DNA of 64,000 bases from Kofleriaceae bacterium (GCA_035715365.1 DASTLB010000022.1:16242-80241), one strand, 5' to 3'; positions 47,687 through 56,782 are shown, counted from the stretch's first letter. Numbers and translations: made by a program. Notes: a model not told the origin generated them from the sequence alone.

Positions 47687-48766
47687 ATGACCCGCAAGCT
47701 GTCGTTGTTCGTCGTACCTGTCCTGGTCGCCGCCTGCGGCTCGACCTCGACGAAGCTGGTGCAGACCCCACGGTTTTACGGCTACACGACCCAGAGCAGC
47801 GCGTCGCTCGATCGCGAGCCGCCGCCGACGCCGCCCGACAAGGCGAGTGATGCGATCAAGCGGCTGAGGCGGGTCGCGTTCGTGCCGCCGGACACGTGCC
47901 TCGACATGCGCGCGGCCGATACCTCGAGCACCGTCGACAAGCGCGTGATCCGCATGCAGTGCGGCGTCACGATGTCCGAGCTCGAGCACGAGGCCGAGAA
48001 GGTCGGCTTCGACGTCGTGACGTGGCAGTCGCTGAAGGGCGCGCAGAAGCCGCTCGACCAGGCGCGCGAGCAGAAGATCGACCTGCTGTTCGAGGTCAAC
48101 GAGCTCGACGTGATCGAGGAATTCGATCGCGCCGAATCGAGCGAGTTTCGCTACTTCATCGGCGACACGACCGGGCACGTCGAGCCGCTCGAGGTCACCG
48201 CGCAGGACAACGCCGCATGCCAGGCGTATCACGCGCGCAACGCACCGAAGATCAGCGGCATGACGAGCGTGCTCGATCTCAAGATGGTGCAGGTGTCGAC
48301 GGGCTCGGTGCTGTGGAGCTATCGCCACGTCGAGAACGCGAAGGCCGAGGAGGCGTCCGCGCTCGTGCGGTTCCCGGTGATGGCGCGCCAGAAGTACCGC
48401 ACGAGCCGGCCGTGGTGGCCGTGGCTCGTCGTCGGTGGCGGCATCGTGATCGCGGCGGTCGGCCAGCCGCTCGCGGGCGCGGTCGTCGCGGGCGTCGGTG
48501 GGATCGGCGTGATCTCGCTGCCGAAGAGCACGCACGAGGTCGGCGAGCCCGAGTACGAGGGCGTCTCGGCGGTGCTGTGCCGGCGTCCGCATGTCGTCGA
48601 CGCGCCGGTGCCCGGGCCGACGCCGCAGGAGGTGCGCTCGACGAGCTTCAAGGAGCAGCGCAAGGTCAGCGCGAAGGATGCCTCCGAGGAGCGCCGCCGC
48701 GTGCTGATCCGGACCTCGGTCCAGATCTTCATGAAGCAGCTGACCGGTCCGAAGCCCGTCCTGTAG
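47687..48766 (+). CDS. Lipoprotein of unknown function with C-terminal TM/Gly-zipper segment
   Basis: MTRKLSLFVVPVLVAACGS lipobox; internal hydrophobic WWPWLVVGGGIVIAAVGQPLAGAVVAGVGGIGVISL. Confidence 0.6.
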   Translation: MTRKLSLFVVPVLVAACGSTSTKLVQTPRFYGYTTQSSASLDREPPPTPPDKASDAIKRLRRVAFVPPDTCLDMRAADTSSTVDKRVIRMQCGVTMSELEHEAEKVGFDVVTWQSLKGAQKPLDQAREQKIDLLFEVNELDVIEEFDRAESSEFRYFIGDTTGHVEPLEVTAQDNAACQAYHARNAPKISGMTSVLDLKMVQVSTGSVLWSYRHVENAKAEEASALVRFPVMARQKYRTSRPWWPWLVVGGGIVIAAVGQPLAGAVVAGVGGIGVISLPKSTHEVGEPEYEGVSAVLCRRPHVVDAPVPGPTPQEVRSTSFKEQRKVSAKDASEERRRVLIRTSVQIFMKQLTGPKPVL

Positions 48767-48808
48767 GCGGCGTCCTGTGGCCACGCGCCAGCGGGTTACA
48801 GTGGCGCG

Positions 48809-50038
48809 ATGGAGGTCGTCGCGCCGTGGTCGGTCCCGAAGCGGATCGCGTTCCGGTTCGGAGTGGTGCTCGCCGCGCTGTACATGGTTCCGCTGCCACT
48901 CGGGCTGATCCCGGGCACACAGTCACTCGCCGAGGCCGCGCAGAAGCCGCTCGCGTGGCTCGTCGTGTGGTTCGCGGACACGGTGCTCGGCGTCGGCGAG
49001 CCGGCCGTGGAGCCGACCGGCGCCGGCGACACGCTGTTCGGCTGGGTCATGATGCTCGTGCTCGTGATCCTCGCGGCGATCGGCTGCGCGGTGTGGTCGG
49101 CGATCGATCGCGAGCGCACGGCGTACCCGCGGCTCGCCGCGCTCGCGCACGTCGCCCTGCGCTACCTGCTCGCGTGGACGCTGTTCAGCTACGGGTTCGT
49201 GAAGCTGTCGCAGTTCCCGACGCCGTCGGCGTCGCGGCTCGACGGCACGATCGGCGAGATGTCGCCGATGGGCCTGCTGTGGACGTTCATGGGCTACTCG
49301 ACGCCGTACAAGGTGTTCGCCGGCATCTGCGAGATCGTGCCCGGCATCCTGCTGCTGTGGCGGCGCACCGCGACGCTCGGCGCGCTGCTCGCGATCGCGG
49401 TGCTGACGAACATCGTCATGCTGAACATGAGCTACGACGTGCCGGTCAAGCTGTACTCGATGCAGCTCGTCGCGATCGGGCTCGTGATCGCGGCGCCGCA
49501 GCTGCGCCGGGTTGCGGCCGCGCTGCTCGGCCATGCCGTGCCCGAGGTTCCGTCGCGACCCCGGCTGTCGCCGAAGCGCGAGCGCGTCCGCCTCGCGATC
49601 AAGCTCGCCGTCGTCGCGATGCTCGCGTACCAGGTCTTCGACCAGCTGACGTCGAACACGCGTCCCGCGCCGAACGCGCTCGACGGGATCTGGATCGTCG
49701 AGACCTGGCGCGCCGACGGAGTCGAGCATCCACCGCGGCTCGACGACGCCGTCCGCTGGCGCAAGCTCGCGATCAACCCGCGCTCGGTGATCATCCGGCT
49801 GATGACCGACGAGCGCCGCGGCCACGGGCTCGAGGTCGACGACCAGCAGCACACGATGAAGGTGAGCCGCGAGACCGACGCCGACGTCTGGCGCTACGTG
49901 CAGCGCGATGCCGAGCACCTCGCGATCGACGGCACGTACCGCGGCCAGCACGTCGAGGTCACGTTGCGCCGACAGCCGACGGGCCTGCTGATGTCACGCG
50001 GATTTCACTGGATCCAGGAATTCCCGTTGAACCGCTGA
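48809..50038 (+). CDS. DoxX-like N-terminal membrane domain plus soluble C-terminal domain protein (paralog 1)
   Basis: Four TM helices with a DoxX-like pattern; C-terminal ~140-aa domain; ~55-60% identical to the next gene. Confidence 0.65.
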   Translation: MEVVAPWSVPKRIAFRFGVVLAALYMVPLPLGLIPGTQSLAEAAQKPLAWLVVWFADTVLGVGEPAVEPTGAGDTLFGWVMMLVLVILAAIGCAVWSAIDRERTAYPRLAALAHVALRYLLAWTLFSYGFVKLSQFPTPSASRLDGTIGEMSPMGLLWTFMGYSTPYKVFAGICEIVPGILLLWRRTATLGALLAIAVLTNIVMLNMSYDVPVKLYSMQLVAIGLVIAAPQLRRVAAALLGHAVPEVPSRPRLSPKRERVRLAIKLAVVAMLAYQVFDQLTSNTRPAPNALDGIWIVETWRADGVEHPPRLDDAVRWRKLAINPRSVIIRLMTDERRGHGLEVDDQQHTMKVSRETDADVWRYVQRDAEHLAIDGTYRGQHVEVTLRRQPTGLLMSRGFHWIQEFPLNR

Positions 50039-50058
50039 CCGCGCGGTAGCATCGCGCC

Positions 50059-51294
50059 GTGCACATGATGGCGACGCGCGCATGGCGAACCTGGCAGCTC
50101 GTGACGTTTCGATTCGGCACGGTGCTCGCGGCGCTGTTCACGCTGCCGTGGTTGCTGAACCTCGTCGACTACCGGCTCGCCAGGCTCGTGATGCGCCCGT
50201 GGACCCAGCTCGTGTTGTGGTTCGCCGAGCACGTGCTCGGGATCGGACGGCCACCGACCGTTTCCACCGGCAGCGGCGACACGCTGTTCGCGTGGACGAA
50301 CGCGCTCGCACAGCTGATCGTCGCCGCACTCGTGTGTGCCGTATGGTCGATCCTCGATCGACGGCGCGCCGCGTACGTGCGGCTCGCCGAGCTCGTCGGG
50401 ATCGCGCTGCGCCACGTGCTCGGTTTCGTGATGCTGCTCTACGCGGTCGCGAAGATCGCGCAGTTCTCGTACCCGAACGCGTCCCGGCTCGACGGCACGA
50501 TCGGCGAGATGTCGCCGATGGGCCTGCTGTGGACGTTCATGGGCTACTCGACGCCGTACACGGTATTCGCGGCGATCTCCGAGGGGCTCGCCGGTGCGCT
50601 GCTGCTGTGGCGACGCACGGCGGTCGCCGGCGCGCTGCTCGCGATCGCGGTGCTCGGCAACATCGTCATGCTGAACATGAGCTACGACGTGCCGGTCAAG
50701 CTGTTCGCGATGCAGCTGCTCGTGATCGCGCTCGCGATCGCGGGCCCGCACCTGCGGCGCGTGATCGGTGCGGTGCTCGGCCATGCGACGCGCGAGGTGC
50801 CGCCGCGGCCGCGGATGTCACCGACCACCGAGCGCGTCCGGACGGCGATCAAGGTCGGTGTGCTGGGTCTGATGGCGCTGCGGCTGTATGCGATCGGCGA
50901 CCAGATGCTCGCGTGGCGGCGCGAGTCCAATCCGCTCGAGGCGATCTGGGTCGTCGAGACCTGGCGCGCCGATGGCGTCGAGCACGCTCCGCTGATCACC
51001 GACCCGGTGCGCTGGCGCAAGCTCGCGATCAACGCGCGCTACCTCACCGTGCGCCTGATGACGGACGAGCGCCGGCTGCACGCGGTGCGCGTCGATCCCG
51101 AGCGCCACACGATGACGGTCAGCGGTCAGACGCTGCCCGAGATCTGGCGGTACGCGCAGCGCGATGAGGACCACCTCGCGATCGAGGGCAGCTATCGCGG
51201 TCAGCACGTCGAGGTCACGCTGCGGCGCGAGCCCGACGGTCTGCTCGTGACGCGCGGGTTTCACTGGATCCAGGAAGCACCGTTCAACCGTTGA
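50059..51294 (+). CDS. DoxX-like membrane protein (paralog 2, tandem duplicate)
   Basis: Identical stretch ASRLDGTIGEMSPMGLLWTFMGYSTPY and colinear similarity throughout with 48809..50038. Confidence 0.65.
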   Translation: MHMMATRAWRTWQLVTFRFGTVLAALFTLPWLLNLVDYRLARLVMRPWTQLVLWFAEHVLGIGRPPTVSTGSGDTLFAWTNALAQLIVAALVCAVWSILDRRRAAYVRLAELVGIALRHVLGFVMLLYAVAKIAQFSYPNASRLDGTIGEMSPMGLLWTFMGYSTPYTVFAAISEGLAGALLLWRRTAVAGALLAIAVLGNIVMLNMSYDVPVKLFAMQLLVIALAIAGPHLRRVIGAVLGHATREVPPRPRMSPTTERVRTAIKVGVLGLMALRLYAIGDQMLAWRRESNPLEAIWVVETWRADGVEHAPLITDPVRWRKLAINARYLTVRLMTDERRLHAVRVDPERHTMTVSGQTLPEIWRYAQRDEDHLAIEGSYRGQHVEVTLRREPDGLLVTRGFHWIQEAPFNR

Positions 51295-51295
51295 C

Positions 51296-51997
51296 GTGGG
51301 CTTCGCGCTGGCCGTCGGGCGAGTGTGTGTGGATACTGCGCGTGTGACCGGACGGTTCTTCACCGCGGATTATGTCGAGCGCGCCACGTTGCGCGATGGC
51401 ACGCGCGTCGTGCTCCGGCTCGTCACACCCGACGACAAGACGCTGCTGCGCGATGGCTTCGAGCGGCTGTCGGATGCGTCGCGCTACTCGCGGTTCCTCT
51501 CACCGAAGCTCGCGTTATCCGACGACGAGCTCGCGTACCTGACCGAGATCGATCAGGAGAACCACTTCGCGCTCGGCGCGATCCACGAGGATGCGGGCAT
51601 CGGCCTCGGCGTCGCGCGGTTCATCCGGCTCGCCGAGGATCCGACGGTCGCCGAGGCAGCGGTCGCGGTCGCCGACGAGATGCACGGCCGCGGGCTCGGC
51701 AAGCTGCTGTTCCTCCGGCTGTGCGCGGCGGCGTCCGAGCGCGGGATCGAGCGGTTCCGCTGCGACGTGCTCGGCTCGAATCGCCACATGGCCGCGCTGC
51801 TCGCGCAGATCTCGGTCGATCGCAAGATCGAGGTCGGCGAGGGCGTGATGTCGATCGATCTCGGGCTACCAGACGTCGCCCCGGACCAGCCGTGGAACGC
51901 GCCGGTGCCGCAGAATCCGGTCTACGGCCTGCTGCGGGCCGCGGCGCAGAACGCGGTCGAGTTCACCGAGTCGGTTCGCAACCTGTGGCGTCGATAG
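51296..51997 (+). CDS. GNAT-family N-acetyltransferase
   Basis: …EMHGRGLGKLLFLRLCAAASERGIERF… acetyl-CoA binding motif; several alternative GTG starts between 51296 and 51344. Confidence 0.65.
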   Translation: MGFALAVGRVCVDTARVTGRFFTADYVERATLRDGTRVVLRLVTPDDKTLLRDGFERLSDASRYSRFLSPKLALSDDELAYLTEIDQENHFALGAIHEDAGIGLGVARFIRLAEDPTVAEAAVAVADEMHGRGLGKLLFLRLCAAASERGIERFRCDVLGSNRHMAALLAQISVDRKIEVGEGVMSIDLGLPDVAPDQPWNAPVPQNPVYGLLRAAAQNAVEFTESVRNLWRR

Positions 51998-52062
51998 TCA
52001 CGGCGTCGAGTTGATCGCGCCTGCCCTCCGGACGATCGTGCCGGTCACAGAGGGAGGGACTC

Positions 52063-52929
52063 ATGTTTGTCATTCTCGGAGCGAACGGAAACACCGGCTC
52101 GGTCGTCGCCAGCACGCTGCTCGCGCGCGGCAAGAAAGTCCGCGTCGTCGCGCGTGATGCCGCGAAGGTCGAGGGCCTGCGCAGCAAGGGGGCCGAGGTC
52201 GTCACCGGAGACGTGCTCGACTCGTCGAGCATGACGCGCGCGTTCGAGGGCGCCGAGGGCGCGTACCTGCTGACGCCGCCGGACAATGCCTCGAACGATC
52301 TCGTCGGCCGCGGTCGCAAGATCATCGACGCGTACCTGCAGGCGATCGACGCTGCCGGCGTCCGCCACGCCGCGCTGCTGTCGTCGGTCGGCGCGCAGCT
52401 GCCGTCTGGCACCGGTCCGATCGTGATCACGCACTACGCCGAGACCACGCTCGCGAAGGCGAAGCAGGCGAAGCTCACGTTCGTGCGCGCCGCGTACTTC
52501 ATGGAGAACATCCTCAACTACGCGCACGCGATGAAGAACGACGGCGTGCTGCCGGTGTTCGGCGGTGGCGAGAGCTATCCGTTCCCGATGGTCGCGACGC
52601 GCGACATCGGCGAGGTCGCCGCCGAGGCGCTGCTGAACCCGCCGGCGAGCACCGAGGTCGTCGAGCTGATGGGCCCCAAGGAGTACAGCTTCGCCGACGC
52701 CGCGTCGGAGGCGTCGCAGATCCTCGGCCGCGAGGTCAAGCCGATGGTGCTGCCGCTCGACGCCATGGTGCCAACGATGATGCAGTTCGGGATCTCGCAG
52801 AACGTCGCGGGTCTGTATCGCGAGATGACCGAGGCGTTCGGTACCGGCAAGGTCGGGTTCGAGGGCAAGGGGCGCACGGTGCGCGGCAAGGTCACGCTCG
52901 GCGAAGTGCTCCGCGCCGGACTGCGCTGA
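52063..52929 (+). CDS. NmrA-like / atypical SDR NAD(P)-binding protein
   Basis: MFVILGANGNTGSVV Rossmann N-terminus; GGGAGGG RBS. Confidence 0.75.
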   Translation: MFVILGANGNTGSVVASTLLARGKKVRVVARDAAKVEGLRSKGAEVVTGDVLDSSSMTRAFEGAEGAYLLTPPDNASNDLVGRGRKIIDAYLQAIDAAGVRHAALLSSVGAQLPSGTGPIVITHYAETTLAKAKQAKLTFVRAAYFMENILNYAHAMKNDGVLPVFGGGESYPFPMVATRDIGEVAAEALLNPPASTEVVELMGPKEYSFADAASEASQILGREVKPMVLPLDAMVPTMMQFGISQNVAGLYREMTEAFGTGKVGFEGKGRTVRGKVTLGEVLRAGLR

Positions 52930-52956
52930 GCGCACCGCGCGTGCTACGAACGGTTC

Positions 52957-54078
52957 ATGACCAAGAGCGACCTAAAGCGCTTTCGGTCGAACCGCCAGCA
53001 CGAGATCGATAGCGCGGCCCAGTACCGCGCGATGGCGGATGCCGAGCCCGACGAGGGTGTCGCGCGCGTGTATCGCGAGCTCGCCGACGTCGAGGAACGG
53101 CACGCCGCGTTCTGGGAGGCGCAGCTCAAGGCGCGCGGCGTCGATCCGGGCCCGCGCCGCACGAGCTGGCGCGCGCGCGTGCTCGCGTACACCGCGAAGA
53201 AGCTCGGCGCGCGCATGATCTTGCCGACGGTGACCCAGCGCGAGGTCGCCGGCCGCAACGACTACGCGAGTCAGTCCGAGACCGAGCACACGAGGATGAC
53301 CGCGCAGGAGCGCTCGCACGCGCGCGTGCTGCAGGCGATGCTGCGGCGTCCCGAGGGCGCGCCCGGCAGCGAGCTCGCGCGCGTCGAGGGCCGGCATCGC
53401 AACGTCGGTGGCAACGCGCTGCGCGCGGCGGTGCTCGGCGCGAACGATGGCCTGTGCTCGAACCTCGCGCTCGTCATGGGCGTGGCCGGTGCGACGCCGA
53501 GCGCGCACGCGATCCTGATCGCCGGCGTCGCCGGGCTGCTCGCGGGCGCGTTCTCGATGGCGCTTGGCGAGTGGATCTCGGTCAAGAGCTCGCGCGAGCT
53601 GGCCGAGCGCGAGCTCGAGGTCGAGCGCGACGAGCTCGCAGCCGCGCCCGAGGAGGAACGCGAGGAGCTGCAGCTGATCTACGAGGCGAAGGGCATCCCG
53701 AAGCACGAGGCGAAGCAGCTGTCGAAGAGCCTGCTGCGCGATCAGGGCGCCGCGCTCGACGTGCTCGCACGCGAGGAGCTCGGCCTCGATCCCGACGAGC
53801 TCGGCGGCTCGCCGTGGACCGCCGCGGTGACGTCGTTCATCCTGTTCTCGATCGGCGCGATCTTCCCGGTGCTGCCGTTCATCTTCGACACCGGCACCGG
53901 CGCGATCGTGATCAGCATCGTGCTGTCCGCGGTCGTGCTGTACGGCATCGGCGCCGCGATCACGCTGTTCACCGAGCGGCCGGTCTGGTTATCCGGCGGC
54001 AGACAGATGCTGCTCGGGCTCGCGGCCGCCGGCATCACGTTCGGGCTCGGTCGCTTGCTCGGCGTCGCGCTCGGTTGA
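52957..54078 (+). CDS. mbfA: Erythrin-VIT1 fusion (MbfA-like membrane-bound ferritin / iron exporter)
   Basis: N-terminal ferritin/rubrerythrin-like E-x-x-H diiron motifs (…ELADVEERHAAFWE…, …ETEHTRMTAQERSHARVL…) followed by a CCC1/VIT1 transporter domain with TM helices. Confidence 0.75.
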   Translation: MTKSDLKRFRSNRQHEIDSAAQYRAMADAEPDEGVARVYRELADVEERHAAFWEAQLKARGVDPGPRRTSWRARVLAYTAKKLGARMILPTVTQREVAGRNDYASQSETEHTRMTAQERSHARVLQAMLRRPEGAPGSELARVEGRHRNVGGNALRAAVLGANDGLCSNLALVMGVAGATPSAHAILIAGVAGLLAGAFSMALGEWISVKSSRELAERELEVERDELAAAPEEEREELQLIYEAKGIPKHEAKQLSKSLLRDQGAALDVLAREELGLDPDELGGSPWTAAVTSFILFSIGAIFPVLPFIFDTGTGAIVISIVLSAVVLYGIGAAITLFTERPVWLSGGRQMLLGLAAAGITFGLGRLLGVALG

Positions 54079-54080
54079 CG

Positions 54081-54572
54081 ATGATCCGGCTCCCGTTCGT
54101 CCGCCAGCAGCACGCCCACACGTGCGGTGCCGCGGTCGTGCTCGCGATCGCGCGCGCGCACGGCGTCGGGCCGGCGACTGAGGCCGAGGTCGCGGCGGAC
54201 ATGGCGATGACGCCCGACGGCAGCGATCCGGCGCAGCTCGTCGGTGCGCTCGCGCGCTATGGCCTCGCGGTGCGCGAGCATCGCGGCATGACGCTCGACG
54301 AGCTGATCGCGTATCTCGACCGCGGCGTGCCGGTGATCGTGATGCTGCAGGCGTGGGCGGATCCGCGCCCGGTGTCGTACGCCGATCACTGGGACGACGG
54401 CCACTGGGTCATCGCGATCGGCCACGCCGGCGACCGCATCCACTTCATGGATCCGATGCTCGACGTCCGCGGCACGCTGACGCGCAGCGCACTGCTCGAG
54501 CGCTGGCACGACGTCGAAGGTCCCGAGCGCGCGCACGTCGAGCGCTACGGCCTCGCGGTGTGGCGCGCCTAG
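54081..54572 (+). CDS. Stand-alone peptidase-C39-like (papain-fold) domain protein
   Basis: Q(x5)C catalytic region QQHAHTCGAAVV, His in DDGHWVIAIGH, Asp in FMDP; 163 aa; start 3 nt after the mbfA stop. Confidence 0.65.
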   Translation: MIRLPFVRQQHAHTCGAAVVLAIARAHGVGPATEAEVAADMAMTPDGSDPAQLVGALARYGLAVREHRGMTLDELIAYLDRGVPVIVMLQAWADPRPVSYADHWDDGHWVIAIGHAGDRIHFMDPMLDVRGTLTRSALLERWHDVEGPERAHVERYGLAVWRA

Positions 54573-54573
54573 A

Positions 54574-55917
54574 TCACAGGCCGAGCGCCCAGCCGAGCGC
54601 GCTGCCGACGAGCGCGAACGCGACGAGATCGATCTCGGCGGACACCTCGACCGAGCGCTCGCCGTCGCGGCCGAACCGCGTGTCGACGCGAAACCCGATC
54701 GGCAGATCGATCCGATCGAAGTCGCGGAAGCTGTGACGAAATCCGAGGAACGCGCCCGCGGCGATCCCGCGATCGACGACCTCGCCGGACCGGCGATACA
54801 CGCCGACCGACGGCACGAGCGCGATCCCGCTCGTGTAGCTCGCGTACGTGAGCCCGGCGCCGACGACCGGCTCGTCGTCGACGCGCAGCAGCTCGCCGTA
54901 GATCCCGAGGCCATGGCCGCGGCCGACGTGATGCAGCGAGCGCTCGGAGACCAGCCGCGCGAAGATCAGCTCGCCGCGCAACCCGGTCAGCAGGCCGGCG
55001 CCGTCGTGCGACGCGCCCCCGAGCAGACCGGGCACGCTGAGGAACACGAAGTTCTGCTTCGGCCGCGCACGGTCGGCGGTGTGATCCGGCGGCGTGGCGA
55101 CGTACTGCGTCTCCCACGCGGCCGACGCGTCGCGCAGCGCGTCGTCGCCGCCGACGTACGCCGCGACGAACGCGACCGTGCGCGCGTAGATCGCGGCCAT
55201 CCGCAGACGGTGGAGCTCCCAGCGATCCTGCGCGTGCTCGGCGGTCTCGCCCGGCGGCGGCGGCGCGCGACACGGCAGCGGATCGGAGTCGACGTCGCAT
55301 GGCGTCGCATCGACCACGACGAACCGCGTGCGCGACGGCGTGCCGGTCGCCGCGATCGCGAGCGTCGGCGTCTCGGGCACGTCGCGCGCCGCCTCGTCGA
55401 GGATCGTCAGCACCGCCGCGAGCGGCCGGCGCGTCGCGAGCGCGCGCACCGCGGCTCCGCCGCCGGCGCCGATGCCGATCGCGCCGATGACGTCGGTGCG
55501 CTGGCAGCCCGGCTCGCGCGCATCGGGCTCGCTCGCGAGCGCCTGCTCGAGCGCGTCGGGATAGCGGGCCGGCTCGCGCGGCGGCGCCACGACGATCACG
55601 TGGAGCCCGGCCTCCGCGAGCTGCGTCGCCGCGACGTTCGCCTGCTCGAAGCGCGCGCCGAGGTCCGGCGCGATCACGACGACCGGATTCGGATCGGTCG
55701 TGTGCGGACAGTACGCTTCGAACGCGACGTCGCGAAACCGACTGTACGGATGATCGCGGCGCGCCGGATCGCGTGGCGCGCCGGGCCCGGGCGCGATCCG
55801 GATCGCGACGCTCGCATCGGCGACGCCGGCCAGCGAGACGAGCGCGATCGCGACGAGCCAGCGCACGCACCGACGGTAGCGGCCGCGCCGCGGTGCGCCG
55901 GCGGCAAACGCCGTCAA
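54574..55917 (-). CDS. Secreted hypothetical protein
   Basis: TTG start gives a signal peptide with Arg-rich n-region (MTAFAAGAPRRGRYRRCVRWLVAIALVSLAGVADA); alternatively the GTG at 55866. Upstream part of track ORF is junk. Confidence 0.45.
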   Translation of the reverse strand: MTAFAAGAPRRGRYRRCVRWLVAIALVSLAGVADASVAIRIAPGPGAPRDPARRDHPYSRFRDVAFEAYCPHTTDPNPVVVIAPDLGARFEQANVAATQLAEAGLHVIVVAPPREPARYPDALEQALASEPDAREPGCQRTDVIGAIGIGAGGGAAVRALATRRPLAAVLTILDEAARDVPETPTLAIAATGTPSRTRFVVVDATPCDVDSDPLPCRAPPPPGETAEHAQDRWELHRLRMAAIYARTVAFVAAYVGGDDALRDASAAWETQYVATPPDHTADRARPKQNFVFLSVPGLLGGASHDGAGLLTGLRGELIFARLVSERSLHHVGRGHGLGIYGELLRVDDEPVVGAGLTYASYTSGIALVPSVGVYRRSGEVVDRGIAAGAFLGFRHSFRDFDRIDLPIGFRVDTRFGRDGERSVEVSAEIDLVAFALVGSALGWALGL

Positions 55918-56080
55918 CGCCAGGCTGGTGTCGACCCGGCGGGCTGCATCCCTCGGTAGACGAGTCGCGGCGCTGTCACCCGCGGCGAACAGGCCAAGTC
56001 GGCGAGATCGCTCGCGGCTGGCCGTGGCACGTCGGCTGCTGTGGACCTGGGGCGACGTAGCCGACGAAGGACACCACCCC

Positions 56081-56407
56081 ATGTCGAACTCGAAGTCGAA
56101 CCCCAGAAAGCCCAGCCGACCGGAGCCCACCGGTTTTCAGAGCATCGATCCCACGAGCCTCGCGACGGTCAGCGGCGGCGCGAGCCGGGTCGCGACCGCG
56201 AGCCAGGGCGGCGACACCTCGGTCACCGACGCGCTGAACGGGATCCTCGACTCGCTCAAGTCGCTGCAGGGTCAGCAGCAGTCCGGCTTCGGCCCGACGG
56301 AGATGATGATGTTCATGATGCTGATGGCCGGTCGCCAGCAGCCTCAGGTCGTCAGCACGATCCCGAACGGCGTCACGATCGACGGCCGCTGGTACCCCTT
56401 CAAGTGA
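56081..56407 (+). CDS. Small protein (108 aa) with candidate double-glycine leader and Met-rich core
   Basis: GAAGGA RBS 9 nt upstream of ATG; no hydrophobic Sec signal; ...FQSIDPTSLATVSGG has hydrophobic residues at -4, -7, -12 and -15 from GG; core has MMMFMMLMAG. Confidence 0.45.
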   Translation: MSNSKSNPRKPSRPEPTGFQSIDPTSLATVSGGASRVATASQGGDTSVTDALNGILDSLKSLQGQQQSGFGPTEMMMFMMLMAGRQQPQVVSTIPNGVTIDGRWYPFK

Positions 56408-56416
56408 TCACTTGAA
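56399..56416. repeat. Perfect 18-bp palindrome TTCAAGTGATCACTTGAA spanning the convergent stop codons of two genes
   Basis: Seen directly in sequence; both convergent ORFs therefore end in ...FK-stop. Confidence 0.6.
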
Positions 56417-56782
56417 CCAGATCGTGTCGGCGAGCCACTTGCCGTCGACCTTCACGAGCGTCGTCAGCGTGCGGCCGTTCTTCATCTTGATCTTGATCTG
56501 GTCCTTGCCGCCCTGCACCGAGGCGACGAGGTCATCGATCGTCATCGAGCCGATCTGACCTTGCGCCTTCTTCACGTTCTCGTCGGTGATTCGATCCTGC
56601 AGCCGCTTCGTGAACCCGGCCTTGAGCGCCGCGACGTCCGCCTTCTTGATCAGCTCGACCTGCTTGCCGATGAATGCCTTCGCATCGGCGAGATCGTCGG
56701 CGTGCGCGGGCGCCGCGACGAAGCCGAGCACGAGAACAGCGAGCGCGAGGATCCGGAACACGTGGGTCATGGCCGCGAACAT
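56408..56782 (-). CDS. Small secreted Lys-rich protein (124 aa)
   Basis: Signal peptide MFAAMTHVFRILALAVLVLGFVAAPAHA; natural composition. Confidence 0.5.
   Translation of the reverse strand: MFAAMTHVFRILALAVLVLGFVAAPAHADDLADAKAFIGKQVELIKKADVAALKAGFTKRLQDRITDENVKKAQGQIGSMTIDDLVASVQGGKDQIKIKMKNGRTLTTLVKVDGKWLADTIWFK

Noticed and set aside
56081-56407. Sec-secreted small protein interpretation of the GG-leader ORF
   Set aside because: The N-terminus lacks any hydrophobic h-region (MSNSKSNPRKPSRPEPTGFQSIDP...). A classical signal peptide is therefore unlikely, and the leader-peptide interpretation was preferred.
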